Source: Trichoplax sp. H2
Taxonomy: Eukaryota
Length of the DNA: 64,000 nt
Assembly: GCA_003344405.1 (NCBI GenBank)
Contig: NOWV01000130.1
Coordinates: 62,001-126,000, forward strand
Direction: 5' to 3'
The translations under genes and the position numbers were made by a program. Every line of letters starts with the position of its first letter. The first letter of the stretch is position 1. This document shows, one piece after another, positions 1 to 12,626 of this stretch. The notes below the pieces were generated by a model. That model was given only the letters and a program-made list of their open reading frames with translations, made no database searches and had not been told where the DNA came from.

Positions 1-1799
1 TTGAGTTTATTGGTTAGTAGATGCGAAATCTGTTATATCCTCATCGAGAGGCACAATACCTTACCGTCTATTAAATTTCGAAATACCGATGATCTAAAGT
101 AAATAAAATAGTCCAATCAAGCAGGACGTAATTTTTCTTAAGAATCAAATTTTACAGCTAAACCTGTATTTTGACCTAGGAAGCAAGAATTTAATTAATT
201 AATTTAGTCTAATAAAAGTTCCATAGCATTCATTGATACATTTAAGAATTCGCTATTAATAATGTTATGTTATTAATTAATTACAGCAAATTGTTCTTCA
301 AAATCCTAAAATGAATTTCCTTTAACAGTACGACAGCGTAATGTATGCTCAAAAACAAGTATCAAATGTATGCGGCCTTGGCTGTAAATCATTTTAATAA
401 TAGTAGATAATTATAATGATTTCGTCTGATTGATGATAAACATGTGTGTCCGCAAAAATGGCATAGCTAGTCTGGTACTATAATTCGTTAGTGAACTTTA
501 GAAATCTTAACGATTATTAAAATATTGCAAGTCTTGGGTATTTGCCTGGTACCCTTTGACTCTTCAAATTAAGGAAAATAAGATTGAATTAAATCAACTA
601 CTGTATGTGCAGTAAAGTACAGTGTCATCATTGTATTGTACAATTCATACGTGGTAAAGTAGCAATGGAACAATGTCGCGCCATCTTATTACAGTATCGT
701 GTAAAATAGATGCCCAAAAACAGATTGATGATTTCTGTCTGAATAATAATAAAAACTGTTTATGATTAACTGTTATTTCATCCTTTACGCAAAATTAATC
801 AATCCACCATACGTACGTTACGTAAGTAGATCTTAGCTACGAATAAATCGAAAAACTGTACGCATATTTATTCTATGTTATTTGCTATAAAGCTTGTAGA
901 TTGCCTTTTCGAGTTTACTGTTCAAGTGTAAATTAATGTAACAACTTTTTGAGTTGTTGCGAGATAGCCATCATCCGGTATCCACTGTTGGTAGTTTTAA
1001 AGTGATAAAGAAAAAATTAACATATTAATCTCCCTACCTATTCGTCATTCTCGGTAGTTAGTTTAGGTATCTGCAATACCGTGCCAAAATTAGATTATGC
1101 TTGTACAGTAGGTTCGATTAGATTACACTGTACTGTATTGTACAGTATACATGTACTGTATGTACTAAGTTCGGCAATTAGGCCTGAGTGGACTGTAAAA
1201 CTGAACTGTATCCATTTTACAATAGGCATTTCGAAGCTAGTATTAATTAATTAATTTTAGATTGCGTACAAATAGCATCATTGTAGCGTTGGCCTATAGT
1301 GCTATACAATACAATATTGTACTTGTAAGATATTAACAATAATTAAGTCATCATGATTGTAGGTTTTATGCAAATTGAAATCCAAATTAAGTGGCAGGCA
1401 ATATAAAGAATGAGCCTTACCGTAATGACATCCCTTGCAAGTTAATCAGGATTGAAAAATATCAGCAAACTAACCGTAGACAACTAAACAATGAGCAATA
1501 CAGTATTGTGGTGTAAAAGTATTCATGCTTGAATCTTTACGAACAACGTCTAGTTCGCTAGCCTATGCCTATACTATGAACCGATCATGCTGTACATTAA
1601 TCTTTTAAGCAACTTTTCATTCTTCTTGATGATACCTTTTAATCGCTAAATATTTTCAACATACAAAATGACACAATAGGCGTACTCTGTATGAATTATC
1701 ATAATAACTACATCTTGAAACATGATCGTAGCAAAGCATCCAGGAAAGACATACGTATACGAGTAGTACAGATATTACAACCAATTTCTACGTGTACTT

Positions 1800-1875
1800 C
1801 CTTACCGTTTGTCAACGTTTATCGACGTGTAAATCGGCCAGTCTTGACAGCTACTTTCTCATGGTAAAGGTGAGT
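1800..1875. promoter_or_regulatory. Candidate bidirectional promoter with back-to-back first exons
   Basis: Minus-strand donor (CG|GTAAGG, exon boundary 1806) and plus-strand ATG GTA AAG|GTGAGT (1861-1875) lie about 60 bp apart in a locally CpG-richer patch. Confidence 0.35.
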
Positions 1876-3606
1876 AGTACAGTAAAATTTTAATTATAAC
1901 GAACGTCGTCTATGGAAACGATAGATTAATTAGTTATAGCATGTATTTGCTGCAATAGCGTATCAATCAATGCTTAATAGCGGTACTTACCAATTTTACG
2001 TGGCCGTTTGTTAATCAACAAGATGCTGCTTACTTCTGGCTGATGGTGATTTTATCAGTATAGATTGGAAATATACATACATACAGTACAGTCTACAGTA
2101 GTCAGTAATCCCGTGATTATTTTCAGTTACCGTATCTTTATTCCCTTAGAAAAGTAATACCATGTTCATATTCCTGCAATAGTATCGCTTTTGATTAACT
2201 TCTCAATAATAAATATGCAATGTACGCTGCAGTAAAGTAGTTCTACTCAGTATGATGTCTAGTAAACGTTGAATCCTAGCTTCAATGATGTCATCTTCTG
2301 GCTGAATGACACAACATTCCAAGCCATTTGTACTGTAGTTAGGCCTGTTCAATGTTCATAAGGATGACGGACAGAAGTACATACAGCGCATGTACTGTAC
2401 TGTACTGTAGTCAACTGCTACAGTACAGGGGTCACCAGGTGGTTCGATAAATGAGACAAAAGCATTGAATGTACAGTACAGTACACTGTACAGACTGTAC
2501 ACTATACTGTACATACTGTACACTACAGCGTGATTCACTACATTTTGCGTATTTTAACATCGAAAATAAATGAGATCGTACTATATCAACAATCTGATAT
2601 TGAATTCGGTCATTAATCATATGTTATACATTCACTGAATTAATAATTGGTTGTTTCCGTAGAAGAGGAGTGAATCACGTTGAAGAAAATCGATCGATTT
2701 TCTTGATCTCTAGTGCACTCTACAAGACGGTACTCATTTTAGAGACTCGAGAGATTGCGATGTGAAAAGGTTCTCTTCACTTCAAAAGCTGTTACTGGCT
2801 AACAACTTGGGCATTTTAAGCAACAGTGTTACTCTAAACGTTATTTATAGATATATATATATAGACTGATAGACATGACATACACACAATGCCTTCAAAC
2901 TTGAAACATATCACATGTTGTTTAGCACTGCACCATGAGATTGAACGTAATCCTGTACCGTACTGTAGATTCAAAATATAATACAATAATACTTGAAGAA
3001 ATTATGATTCAATTTCAGAAATTTTGTAAAACAATATTTTGACCATATGCTGGCCCACTGTGTACACTGTACATAGTGGATTATCGCCATGATAGACGGA
3101 ATGATTATCCGTTGACGATGTTTTACCCGCCTTGACATACTGTACGAGTACTGTAAACTGATTTCGTAAATGGAGCACACTGATTATTTGACCTCGAATG
3201 CGGATAACTACAGTACATAAATTCTTCTCAAACTTGACAGTCTCTACAACACTGTACTGTATTACTATTGCCAATCCTGTCTGTTACATTTAGGGCTACC
3301 GGTGTTGCACTGTCTACTGGACACAGTGGACAGCGGACAGTAGTGTACAGACGGAAACTCATAACGAACACTAGTCTAGTCTGCCTTTATAAGTACGTCT
3401 ACTGTACATTGTACAGTACAGTAGACTGACTATACGAGTATAGCAAAGGTAGTTTGAATCATTGCTTAACCCCTCTCAACTGAGATGTTAACTATTACAC
3501 ACCGATCATATTTAAAAATTTTGTCAATTTAAGCACTTTTAGTACTCGCGCAAGACGAATTTCCGCAACGTCCAACAGATATTCTAAATTCGGCCATTTC
3601 TTTTTG

Positions 3607-3750
3607 ACAGTACTGTACAGTATGGTAACTACTGTACTGTACTGCTGTACGAGTGTACGTACAATACTGTACTGTACAGTATGTGAAAACTATGCGAAAA
3701 CTTTGCCAACTACTGTACTGTACTGTACAGTACTGTGCACTGTACAGTAT
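3607..3750. repeat. TACTG/CAGTA low-complexity array with TACTGTACAGTA palindromes
   Basis: The 12-bp palindrome occurs at 3611, 3670 and 3721 amid TACTG units. Similar patches at about 1104-1166, 2390-2530 and 3400-3425. Confidence 0.75.
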
Positions 3751-3882
3751 GTAAACATACTGACTGGGCTGGACCTCACCGGCCATCATTTCATTCATGT
3801 TGTTTGTTGTTCTTATTTTAGTTATTGATCACAGGAGAAGAATTCGATCAAAGTATTACAACTGCTTTCATCAGTTGTTGAT

Positions 3883-5064
3883 ATGGAATCGCCAGTAAAC
3901 TCTAATTTGATTTCATTGCCGGCAGAGGTTATATGCCGTATTATAAGTCATGTTCCGGTCGAATGTCATCCTTCAGTTTCATTAACCTGTCGCTACATGC
4001 GAGAATGCTCTCATGTTGATCGTTTATGGCTACAACGATGTCGTGATGAATACAACGTTGACGATTACCGAAGTTGGAAAGGCGTTTCATCGTATTATCA
4101 ATTATATTCCAAGATATTATATAGGTATGGGCCTCTTCTAGGAGTCTGGTTACGTCGAATGGGTTGCTATGGAGGGCTTATATCAATTAAAATTCGAGAT
4201 GGTCAAATATTCGGTGAAGAATACGTCGTAAATCCCGACGAACGATCAGCTGACAAAATTAACGTTGTCTGTCGACCAGTCTTTGCTATCACTACGACCG
4301 AAAACGAGGACTGTATCGTAGAATGTCATACTCTACTTAGTGAAAGCCATCGCGCCAACATTGATATGAAAATATTTAAAAATGGTCTAGTTGATAAATT
4401 TAAGCTAAATTGTGATGCGAAGTATCGCCATATTCCTTTAGAAAACAATGATTTACAATTTCTCTTCGACTCATTATATCGACTGTGGGCTCAAGGTGAA
4501 CTTGGAGCTAATTATACAAATGACACATTCGTTAATGAGGTTATCGGTATAAAATTTTGGACTTATCTGTCATGGAGTCATGGATTTACATTTACTAGGC
4601 TTCCGCCAATCAATCATAGCAATGTTGATACAAACATATCAAAGAATCACTTACGATCTGGATATTACGCCGGTACTTATGGAGTCCATGGACTAGAAAT
4701 TATTCGGATCCTGTACAAGGAGCAAACACTTAATGGAACTAAAATAACAGGCGATCCTAACGTGCCTGCTGGCAAGATCACTTTCAAAGCATTTTTAAGT
4801 AATCCTATCCTAATAGCCAATCCTGAACATGGCCCATTCTTACTAACTGACGACCTATTACCATCGATTAATGGCATACCTCGCCATGCATTAGCTATCT
4901 ACCACGGTAGCGGGCAAATCGCTTTTGAAGGGTACAGATTACCAAGATTTATTAATGGAAAATTTATTGTATTCAATCAAGATACGTGTGGATTTATTTG
5001 GTTGGGAGCTGTCATTTCCTTTACTTTATTCAAGCGTTTTGATGAAGGATTTCTCAATGTATAG
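3883..5064 (+). CDS. FBXO31: F-box only protein 31-like (SCF substrate receptor), uninterrupted 393-aa coding exon
   Basis: N-terminal F-box (LISLPAEVICRIISHV...VSLTCRYMRE...LWLQRC). C-terminal FBXO31/cyclin-D1-binding-type motifs GYYAGTYGVHGLEII and GTKITGDPNVPAGKITF, then YHGSGQIAFEGY and CGFIWL. An upstream acceptor (cacag|3835) is in frame, so the true start may lie further 5'. Confidence 0.9.
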   Translation: MESPVNSNLISLPAEVICRIISHVPVECHPSVSLTCRYMRECSHVDRLWLQRCRDEYNVDDYRSWKGVSSYYQLYSKILYRYGPLLGVWLRRMGCYGGLISIKIRDGQIFGEEYVVNPDERSADKINVVCRPVFAITTTENEDCIVECHTLLSESHRANIDMKIFKNGLVDKFKLNCDAKYRHIPLENNDLQFLFDSLYRLWAQGELGANYTNDTFVNEVIGIKFWTYLSWSHGFTFTRLPPINHSNVDTNISKNHLRSGYYAGTYGVHGLEIIRILYKEQTLNGTKITGDPNVPAGKITFKAFLSNPILIANPEHGPFLLTDDLLPSINGIPRHALAIYHGSGQIAFEGYRLPRFINGKFIVFNQDTCGFIWLGAVISFTLFKRFDEGFLNV

Positions 5065-6705
5065 CACCAATTCACTACAAAATTATCAAATCATTTGAAT
5101 CTCATTTACCTTCATAAGGTATCGAGTAACGCTGTATCTTATAAATCCAATGTAATAATTAATCCTTAAAGAATTCACCTGTAGTATCTATCTGTACTAG
5201 CAATGTTAGAAAAGTTTGCAACGCTTACTCTGAAGCAATTCCTTTTACAATATATAGGTGTCCTACTGTACAGTATAAAAAATTAAAAGGGTGTTTTAAC
5301 CTACAGTATATAAATATATAGGCGATTTCATTCAAATTTAGATGCCTATTGCTCAGGTAAAGCTAATCATAAACAAATTAATTGATTGATACGTTTAGCA
5401 GTTACAGATATGTGACAAATGTTATTTACTGCCGTTAATCATAAAACATACGCACAGTGTTGGAATATTTAAAGAGAAGGTCACAGTTTGTATTCATGAT
5501 CGTACTTGATAACTAATTGATCTCCATTAAATGTGAATCGATCCTGATCTGAGTACATAAAATAAATCGCTAATCTGTAAGTAGAGTATTGATCTGAATT
5601 TATTTAATGTGTTATGTTTAAAAATGCTACTACAGTAGCTCATATTAGCATATCTACAGTACGTGTATAATCAACCCATATTTAATGATCCATATTAGTA
5701 ATACTACATCGATTCCATAAAGTAAAAGTACCAAAAAAAGGCCTAAATTGCGATATTATAATATATCATCATCCATTAGTGGTAAACATAGGAATAAATA
5801 CCCTCTAGATCCAAAGAAACTGAAGCCAAACGAAAGTATTGACCAGTCACTCTTGGAATCAAGATTATTGTCACATTATCCACAACTGGTTTCTAGTATT
5901 ATTGCAAATACGTTTGCACAGATCGAGTCAGAAGTAGTGTAATTACAATTATAGGAGATTGCCCATAAACTGCATGATTCGTTAAGCCGTAAAACTAGCA
6001 TTAACTCACGGAACCATCTCGCTATCAAGGCATTAAACTCTATCTAACTTTCACATCCTGAGCTTCCTGCAAATTGTGGTAATACAAACACTTTGTCCAC
6101 TCGTTTATACCTCATAGTTTATTTAGATTTTTAAATAATTCTGATAGTTTAGCTAGTTATTACATTACATAGTTATGATATCCGTTAACGGTAGTCTAGC
6201 TTTTAAACATATCTTCGGGTGAATCATATCTCAAATATTCATACGTGGTAAAAAGAGTGCTCTATTAGGTACTATCATGACTGCCAATAGTTTGCTACTA
6301 GTATACTCGGACATACTGTACAAGTCCATTATTACAACTTTTAGATCGCATAGATTACGGTAACTAATTGCTACTGACTTCCGTTGCCCTGAACAGTCAA
6401 TTTACTACCGTGTACTGCATTGTTAGTATACAGTCATAAATGAAAGAAATAAAAGATAACCTATTAGAAATTAATAGAACACTAAATTCTTAATTACAGT
6501 AGCGAGTAAATCTGAGCGTGTTGAGTAGCGTAAAATATATTAGATGGACAAACTAATAACATTGATATACACAGCAATTACTATTCTACCGTTATGTATG
6601 GTTATCGTACCGGGTATTTAATGCCAAAATTACGCTAACCTAGGTAAATGATAATTATGAAAATTAAATCAATCGTGCTAATTTCTATTATTCTAAAGTT
6701 AAGTA

Positions 6706-9700
6706 TTATCGTGGAGCAAGTTCAAGTGCTTGATTTTGAGCAATAATAGAAGCCAGGTTTACAGCCAATACCCAACGGTTAGCTATAATCATATCTTCAG
6801 CTCTTAGGATCATCGACTTTTCTTCTGTTTTAACGATAAACACTGGATTATCTTCATTTGCATTGTCAGCGAGCCTAATAGCCAAGATATCTTTCAAATA
6901 AGTAGTTTTCACGTCGGTATCATCCTAAAATAGAAAAATTCAAACGTTTAGCAACTCTGCTTGTAATAACTAGTTCGTCAAGTTTATGCCTCTTCATAGC
7001 GAAGCCTGATGACTCGTTTAAATCTATAGAAATATAAATTATATATTTTCATTTAATTAACAACACTACTGCTATTAGGCTTTTTCCCTTATAAAACTTA
7101 CATTTTCCTTTCGATTAACTAAAGAATCTTGAGTTAACGTAAAGAAGCGCTCATGCCAGAAATGGGAAAAGTTATGTCCTTTCTTTCTTAATTTTCCAGC
7201 AAACCAAATAATGCCATCGCGTACGAGCTCTATCGGTAGTCCAATATAAAAATATATTTGATACAAATTTAAAACGTGCAATATTTTTATAATAAGAAGC
7301 CGAAAGTAATAATTTTGATGATCCTCTAACGCTTAGATATTAAATTAAGCCACATACTGCTTATCTTTCTACCTCTACAGAGCTGTATATATACTAGTAC
7401 TTAATGTTAATTACCAACTAGGAAAGTATATGTCAGAATAAGTTTATACTAGGAATAGTGATCATTGATATAGCCGTAGAATAATCTCAAACCATTCAGA
7501 AATCAAAATTTAGCTTTAATTTTAGTTTCAATTCCTAGCAATTAAATCCCATATTCTTCTACCTTCCGCTTTATCAGGATTGGAACAGATGAAACAATAC
7601 CAAGATTTGTTGGTCTTATTAAACTGAAATGCTTCATAGAATCGGTTATCTACTAATTCTTCACGCATTTCACGTCGTTCCTATTAAACGTTAAATTTTG
7701 ACGTAAACTATATTGACATCTCTCATTGTAAGGAAATATAATGATCTTTGCTATATATAATATTCAATAAATAATGATATTAATTAGGCTGACTTAACAA
7801 CAATATCTAGTAGTATTACAAGTATACCTGAGCCGTAATGAAGGGATCATTTACTGCAACCTCAAAATTCTTAATTACTTCATTAGAGCTTTTCCCATTT
7901 TGCTTCCAATTTGCTCTGCCCGCCTTTAAAATTACAACATTAATAAATCATATAATAGTTAATCGATTAATAGATTTGAAACCTTATTTATTAACATGTT
8001 AGATTCAACTTAACATAACTTTATCCAGATGGATTCTAAATAAATTAATCAGATTGGCTACCTTCATTGCACAAAATGAATACTTCATCCATTCTGTTAC
8101 TTGGCTGGTTTTAACGCTAAAATGTTTGCCATTAAACATGCAGCCTGGGTTTCTTTTAGTGCATTTAAAATGTAAAATAATTTCCGGCTCTCCATAAGCT
8201 GTAAAGTAAAAAATTTAAACAAACTTAATAAACAGAAAATACAAAATTTAAATAATTTATGATTTGTGATCCAAAATATATTCAAAAATATCCTTATCAC
8301 TGTAAGTTTTACTAGATTCCTAAAACATCAACAATGTTTACACAGATATTTACATGATCTGCTGAAAGCTCTAAGAATTGGAAGAGATTGAACCGTTTCG
8401 GAAACGAAAATTTTTATTGAATTTAAATCTAGAGAATTGGCTTCTTCAGGAGCTGTATTGCTTGCAATCTTCGGCTCTTTTGCATGAATAACGCTATTTA
8501 AGCTTGCATTGGATAGACTTGACCGCATGCTATGAGAAGGCTCTCCATGCTCGATTTCTCCATTTTCTTTAATTCCATTTGTCATATTCCCATTTTGTAT
8601 CTCATCGCTCTTCGCGGCCTTCAATGCAGACGATTAAGGATATAGAATATACAATAGTTTTATAGTAATAATTAATTCGTTTAATAATTTAGCACACCAG
8701 ATGATATTAATTTACTAACTAGTGCTATTTAGCACCGTTTCAGTAGGCAACTCGGTGCTGTTCTATATATTAAGATAGACATTTTACAGCTATTGGTAGC
8801 CACATATGTTACATTATATCAATCTAGGCTTCAAACCGTTACATTCTTTGTCTCTTCCTTTATTGGTGGAGTAGTACGACTTTGTTGAATCTAGTTAAGC
8901 AAAATAATTATTGCTACTTTAGGGAAAGTATTTTCATATAAAAAATTAGTAAAACTCCTTAAGTAACAATTTAGAAATGTATAAACTTTTTTGGAATTTA
9001 ATTGCTGAACAAATGTCTATAAACAGTGACCATATTTGAATATTTAGGGTAATTTAGATTAACGTATCGAAATATCGCTGTATTGATTACCTGTTCATTG
9101 TTTTCCATAACATCATCACTAGTAGGTTCTTCAGCGGTACTTAAAGTAGGCAATAAGATCAAAATTTTCGGTTTATAAATGTTCTGGTATTCATCATGAG
9201 CATTGCAAATTACAATAATATTCGCTCATATTTTTGTATTTGGAATAAATATAATGGGAAAAGATAAGAAATCGAAGGCATTTAAAGTTTGAGCAATATA
9301 CCTATTCTTTATATTCTGAGTATAATTTTCCAAATCTAGGTCGGATATAAATGCTCTAACAGAACGGCTGCGAGCTTTATTCGACACATTTGTTATAGTT
9401 GACAATCGAGATCTTATTTGCTGGGGATACCTATCACCAATTTTTTTCATTTCCGCCAAAATTAAGGGGTATTTTGCTTCTTCTTCAGTCCTTAACATTT
9501 GTGACATATCATATAGCATCTTTTTGGCGTGTTTCTAAGCAAATACGTACAGAAATTAACACAATTAGAATATATAGATCATTAATCTTTGGGTTATTAA
9601 GGTCCATAATGAAAATTAAAAAAGTTTTTTAAACATTGTACCTCATCATTCAAACCAATCGCCACCCTTATACCTAATTCATAGCCAAAAAGTGTTGGAT

Positions 9701-11036
9701 CTTTCCGACACGCTGCCGTAATGTCCGAAAGATTATCGAAAAAGATTAATGGCTCATGCTGAGCAAGAGTTTCGCATATTGCCAAGACTAATATGCTGAG
9801 GTCATTGCGATCAAGGTACTGAAGCAAAACATCTTTATAAGATTTTACTGCCTGTGCCCAAGGGTAAATATGAATGATATTAATATCAGTAGATTATATT
9901 TATAGGATCATTTCTCTATGAAATTTATTAATAAACAAATAAAAGGCCAAATGAATTCAAATCAAACATTTTATAACCTCCGGTTTATGCTTGGCAATCA
10001 ATCCAATTGTCTGCAGAATAGCAACTTTCTCTACAACGTCTGCTTTCGAGAGCTGACGGATAATAATATTTACGTTAGATGAAATTAAATCAGGACAATT
10101 ATTAAAGATATGTGGCAAAATTCGGCATAAAACCGGCATTTTTATCTTTTTTAGAATATCAATAATCTCCTGGCTATGAGGTGCGACTAAACGTGGCATA
10201 TCCATCGTTACTCGGCATAATCGAACAGTTATTAAACGAATAAGAGAAGGATTATTCTCATGGAGAAATTGGAAAGCAACTGGAACAGCCTTCTCCATTA
10301 TTTCAGACTTATGGTATTTCTAAAATTAAAATTAAAACAAAGTCTCGTATTATTTAATAGTAAATATCGGTAGAAGCATGCTATCCGATATGAGACATTA
10401 TATACTCGATCTTAGTATTGATATCATATACATTTGTGTTATCTACGCACAAATGTTACTACTAGGCTTTGGCATCATTAAAGTTAAAATTCTTTCATGT
10501 TATACCTGGAAAAGGCAAGACGCTACATCAGTGGCAATGGTAACATGAGGATGCTCCACTTCGTATTTAGATGTTGAAGATAATGGCTGTTCTAAACAAA
10601 TTTCCCAAATTCGGATCAATCTTTCGTAGTGTTGATCGATCAGGTCATCATTTCTGATCAATACAAAATTATTCAATTCTGGAATAAGTTATCAGAGTGC
10701 CTTGATTTGGTAGGCTACATGACACAAATTTATTTCATACAAAATTTCGATATATCACGAAACAACATATGGTTGGCTGTATATAACATCACGCACATCT
10801 AAGAATTGCAAATTTAGCTAATATCGCTTAACAATTTTACCAAACACATACAATGATCGTATAAAGAGTCGCATTATGTATATTTTAGATATAGGCTTAC
10901 TTGATTACGGTCAAAACGCGTTCCAAGCACACTGCTACAGCTTGTTTCTCATTATTATTAGAAATAAATTCTGGACTGGCGATAGCGGTATGTATCTTAA
11001 TTAAAATATCATCAACATTGTCGCGGATATAGTTAT
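6706..11036 (-). CDS. VEPH1: VEPH1/Melted-like protein with C-terminal PH domain (at least 13 exons, about 710 aa traced; first exon(s) uncertain)
   Basis: Phase-consistent GT-AG exons: 10901-11036, 10506-10653, 9978-10319, 9642-9851, 9302-9534, 9091-9139, 8843-8890, 8354-8618, 8062-8198, 7828-7923, 7563-7680, 7102-7229, 6706-6924. Motifs NNNEKQAVAVCLERVLTVIK, HPHVTIATDVASCLFQ, LHFKC...CMF, FYEAFQF...WYCFICSNPDKA and GKLRKK...WHERFFTL (PH domain) match Melted/VEPH1 as I recall the family. Confidence 0.85.
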
Positions 11037-12459
11037 CTGGCATATGATTTAGAGTTACTTTTTTAGGTTTGATGAGCATTTTAACAATTAGGTAAGTGCT
11101 ATTGGTATTAATGCAGATAGATTTAGCTTACTGATTGAGAGACGAAATCGATCTACTTAAAAATATCTATCACAAACTATTCGATGGCAATTTTACATTT
11201 ATTTAATAGCTGATATGAAACGTAACAGTCACAAAATGTTCTACGTACTGCTGTAATGTAGCTGTTTATGACTAAAGACAATTCTACTCCTCGTCAGCGT
11301 CTATGCATTCTCTCAACTATTTGCGTTATTACTGAGTAATGATAAAAACTATTACTAATCTTACCGTTTCACCCATATTAGTCATCTTCTAGCAACGGAT
11401 GAGTCTATCCATGTATTATTCCACCGTCTGTTTCACCATATTGTTGACTTTGTTCCACCCATTAATTCTAAGCAATTTATTAAGCTTTAGTCCACTCATG
11501 ACAGGTGTGGCCTACTATAAACTTGGTATTGCATTTATATGCATACATGTATGCTAATGTATCGAACCCTTTATTAGATTACTAATTTAGCGTAACTCTC
11601 TTGTCTACTGCTTATTATTATCTAGCTATGTAAAAATATTTATTGAATCATTGCTTCTCTATCATCAGATATTAGTTAGAATTTTATACCTGAATCGATC
11701 ACCATAGGAAATAAAATTGAGCTATAATACATTTAATAAAAAGTGATCAAATACGATAAAATTTTACCTTTCATTAGTCTGCCAGTAATAGCATATATCA
11801 GTTTTCAAATTTTCTTAATTATGATATAGATAAAAAACTAGATTAAAATCATTTCCTTCTAAAGTAATGTTACAAAATTTGTCAGCTTACTACCGTTATT
11901 GTAAATATTTATACTACCTAAATAATGCCATTTTTCTATAATTCTCACATTAAAATATCGGTGAAATAGCTTAAATTTGTTTAATTACAACATTAAATTA
12001 ATTAAAAGGATACTGTTTTATATAAAAATTTTGCTTGACATTTCTAATGTAGTGTAAAGGCAATCAATGTTTGGACGTGAAAATTTATATAAATTAATTG
12101 GTAGCATTATTTCGATTCACAGGACATTCTGATTACAAGTGCAGTATACGTACCTAATATTAAAGTAAAATATCGTAAAATGGGATTAAAAAATTGAAAT
12201 TTCGAGAACTTTTCAACGTTAAATTACTATAAAGGTATTACACTAGGTAATCTATAAAAAAAAATTGAAACTTGATTAATATACAGTGTACTAATATTAA
12301 AATTAATTAATTTAGGAATGTACATTTAACTGAATCCATTGTACTAAGTAGACTAACTTAACGGAAATGAGTAAATTATATGCAAAGTCGCGGCAAGTAA
12401 ATTATATAGCGCACAAGGTATAACGAGCGAGTACTCTACTAGCCATTCTGAGACCTCAA

Positions 12460-12626
12460 ATGACGACGCCATCACGGTGACGTAATCACGATATTACGCA
12501 AGCGCAGATTTATCGAGACAGTTAATTTAACAGTGCAGTGCTGGAAACGAATGAATGAATGGGCACAAGGACTTCTAGTAAGAGGAGAGTTTAGAAGTCA
12601 CTGACCGATATACCATAAAGGTAAGA
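12460..12626 (+). promoter_or_regulatory. Candidate promoter and non-coding first exon of the serine protease
   Basis: CpG-rich patch with TGACG (12461), GTGACGTAA (12477) and TTACGCAA (12494); strong donor AAG|GTAAGA at 12621; acceptor-like ttattgaag immediately before ATG 14451. Confidence 0.45.

Noticed and set aside
2356..3828. Short ORFs rich in Y/C/T/V/Q/S on both strands
   Set aside because: They are translations of the TACTG/CAGTA low-complexity arrays, with no domain signal.
4677..4877. 66-aa minus-strand ORF
   Set aside because: Antisense shadow of the FBXO31 coding exon.
8097..8300. 67-aa minus-strand ORF inside VEPH1
   Set aside because: Wrong frame; the real exon 8062-8198 reads YGEPEIILHFKC... 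in another frame.
9399..9632. 77-aa plus-strand ORF
   Set aside because: Antisense to a VEPH1 exon and intron.
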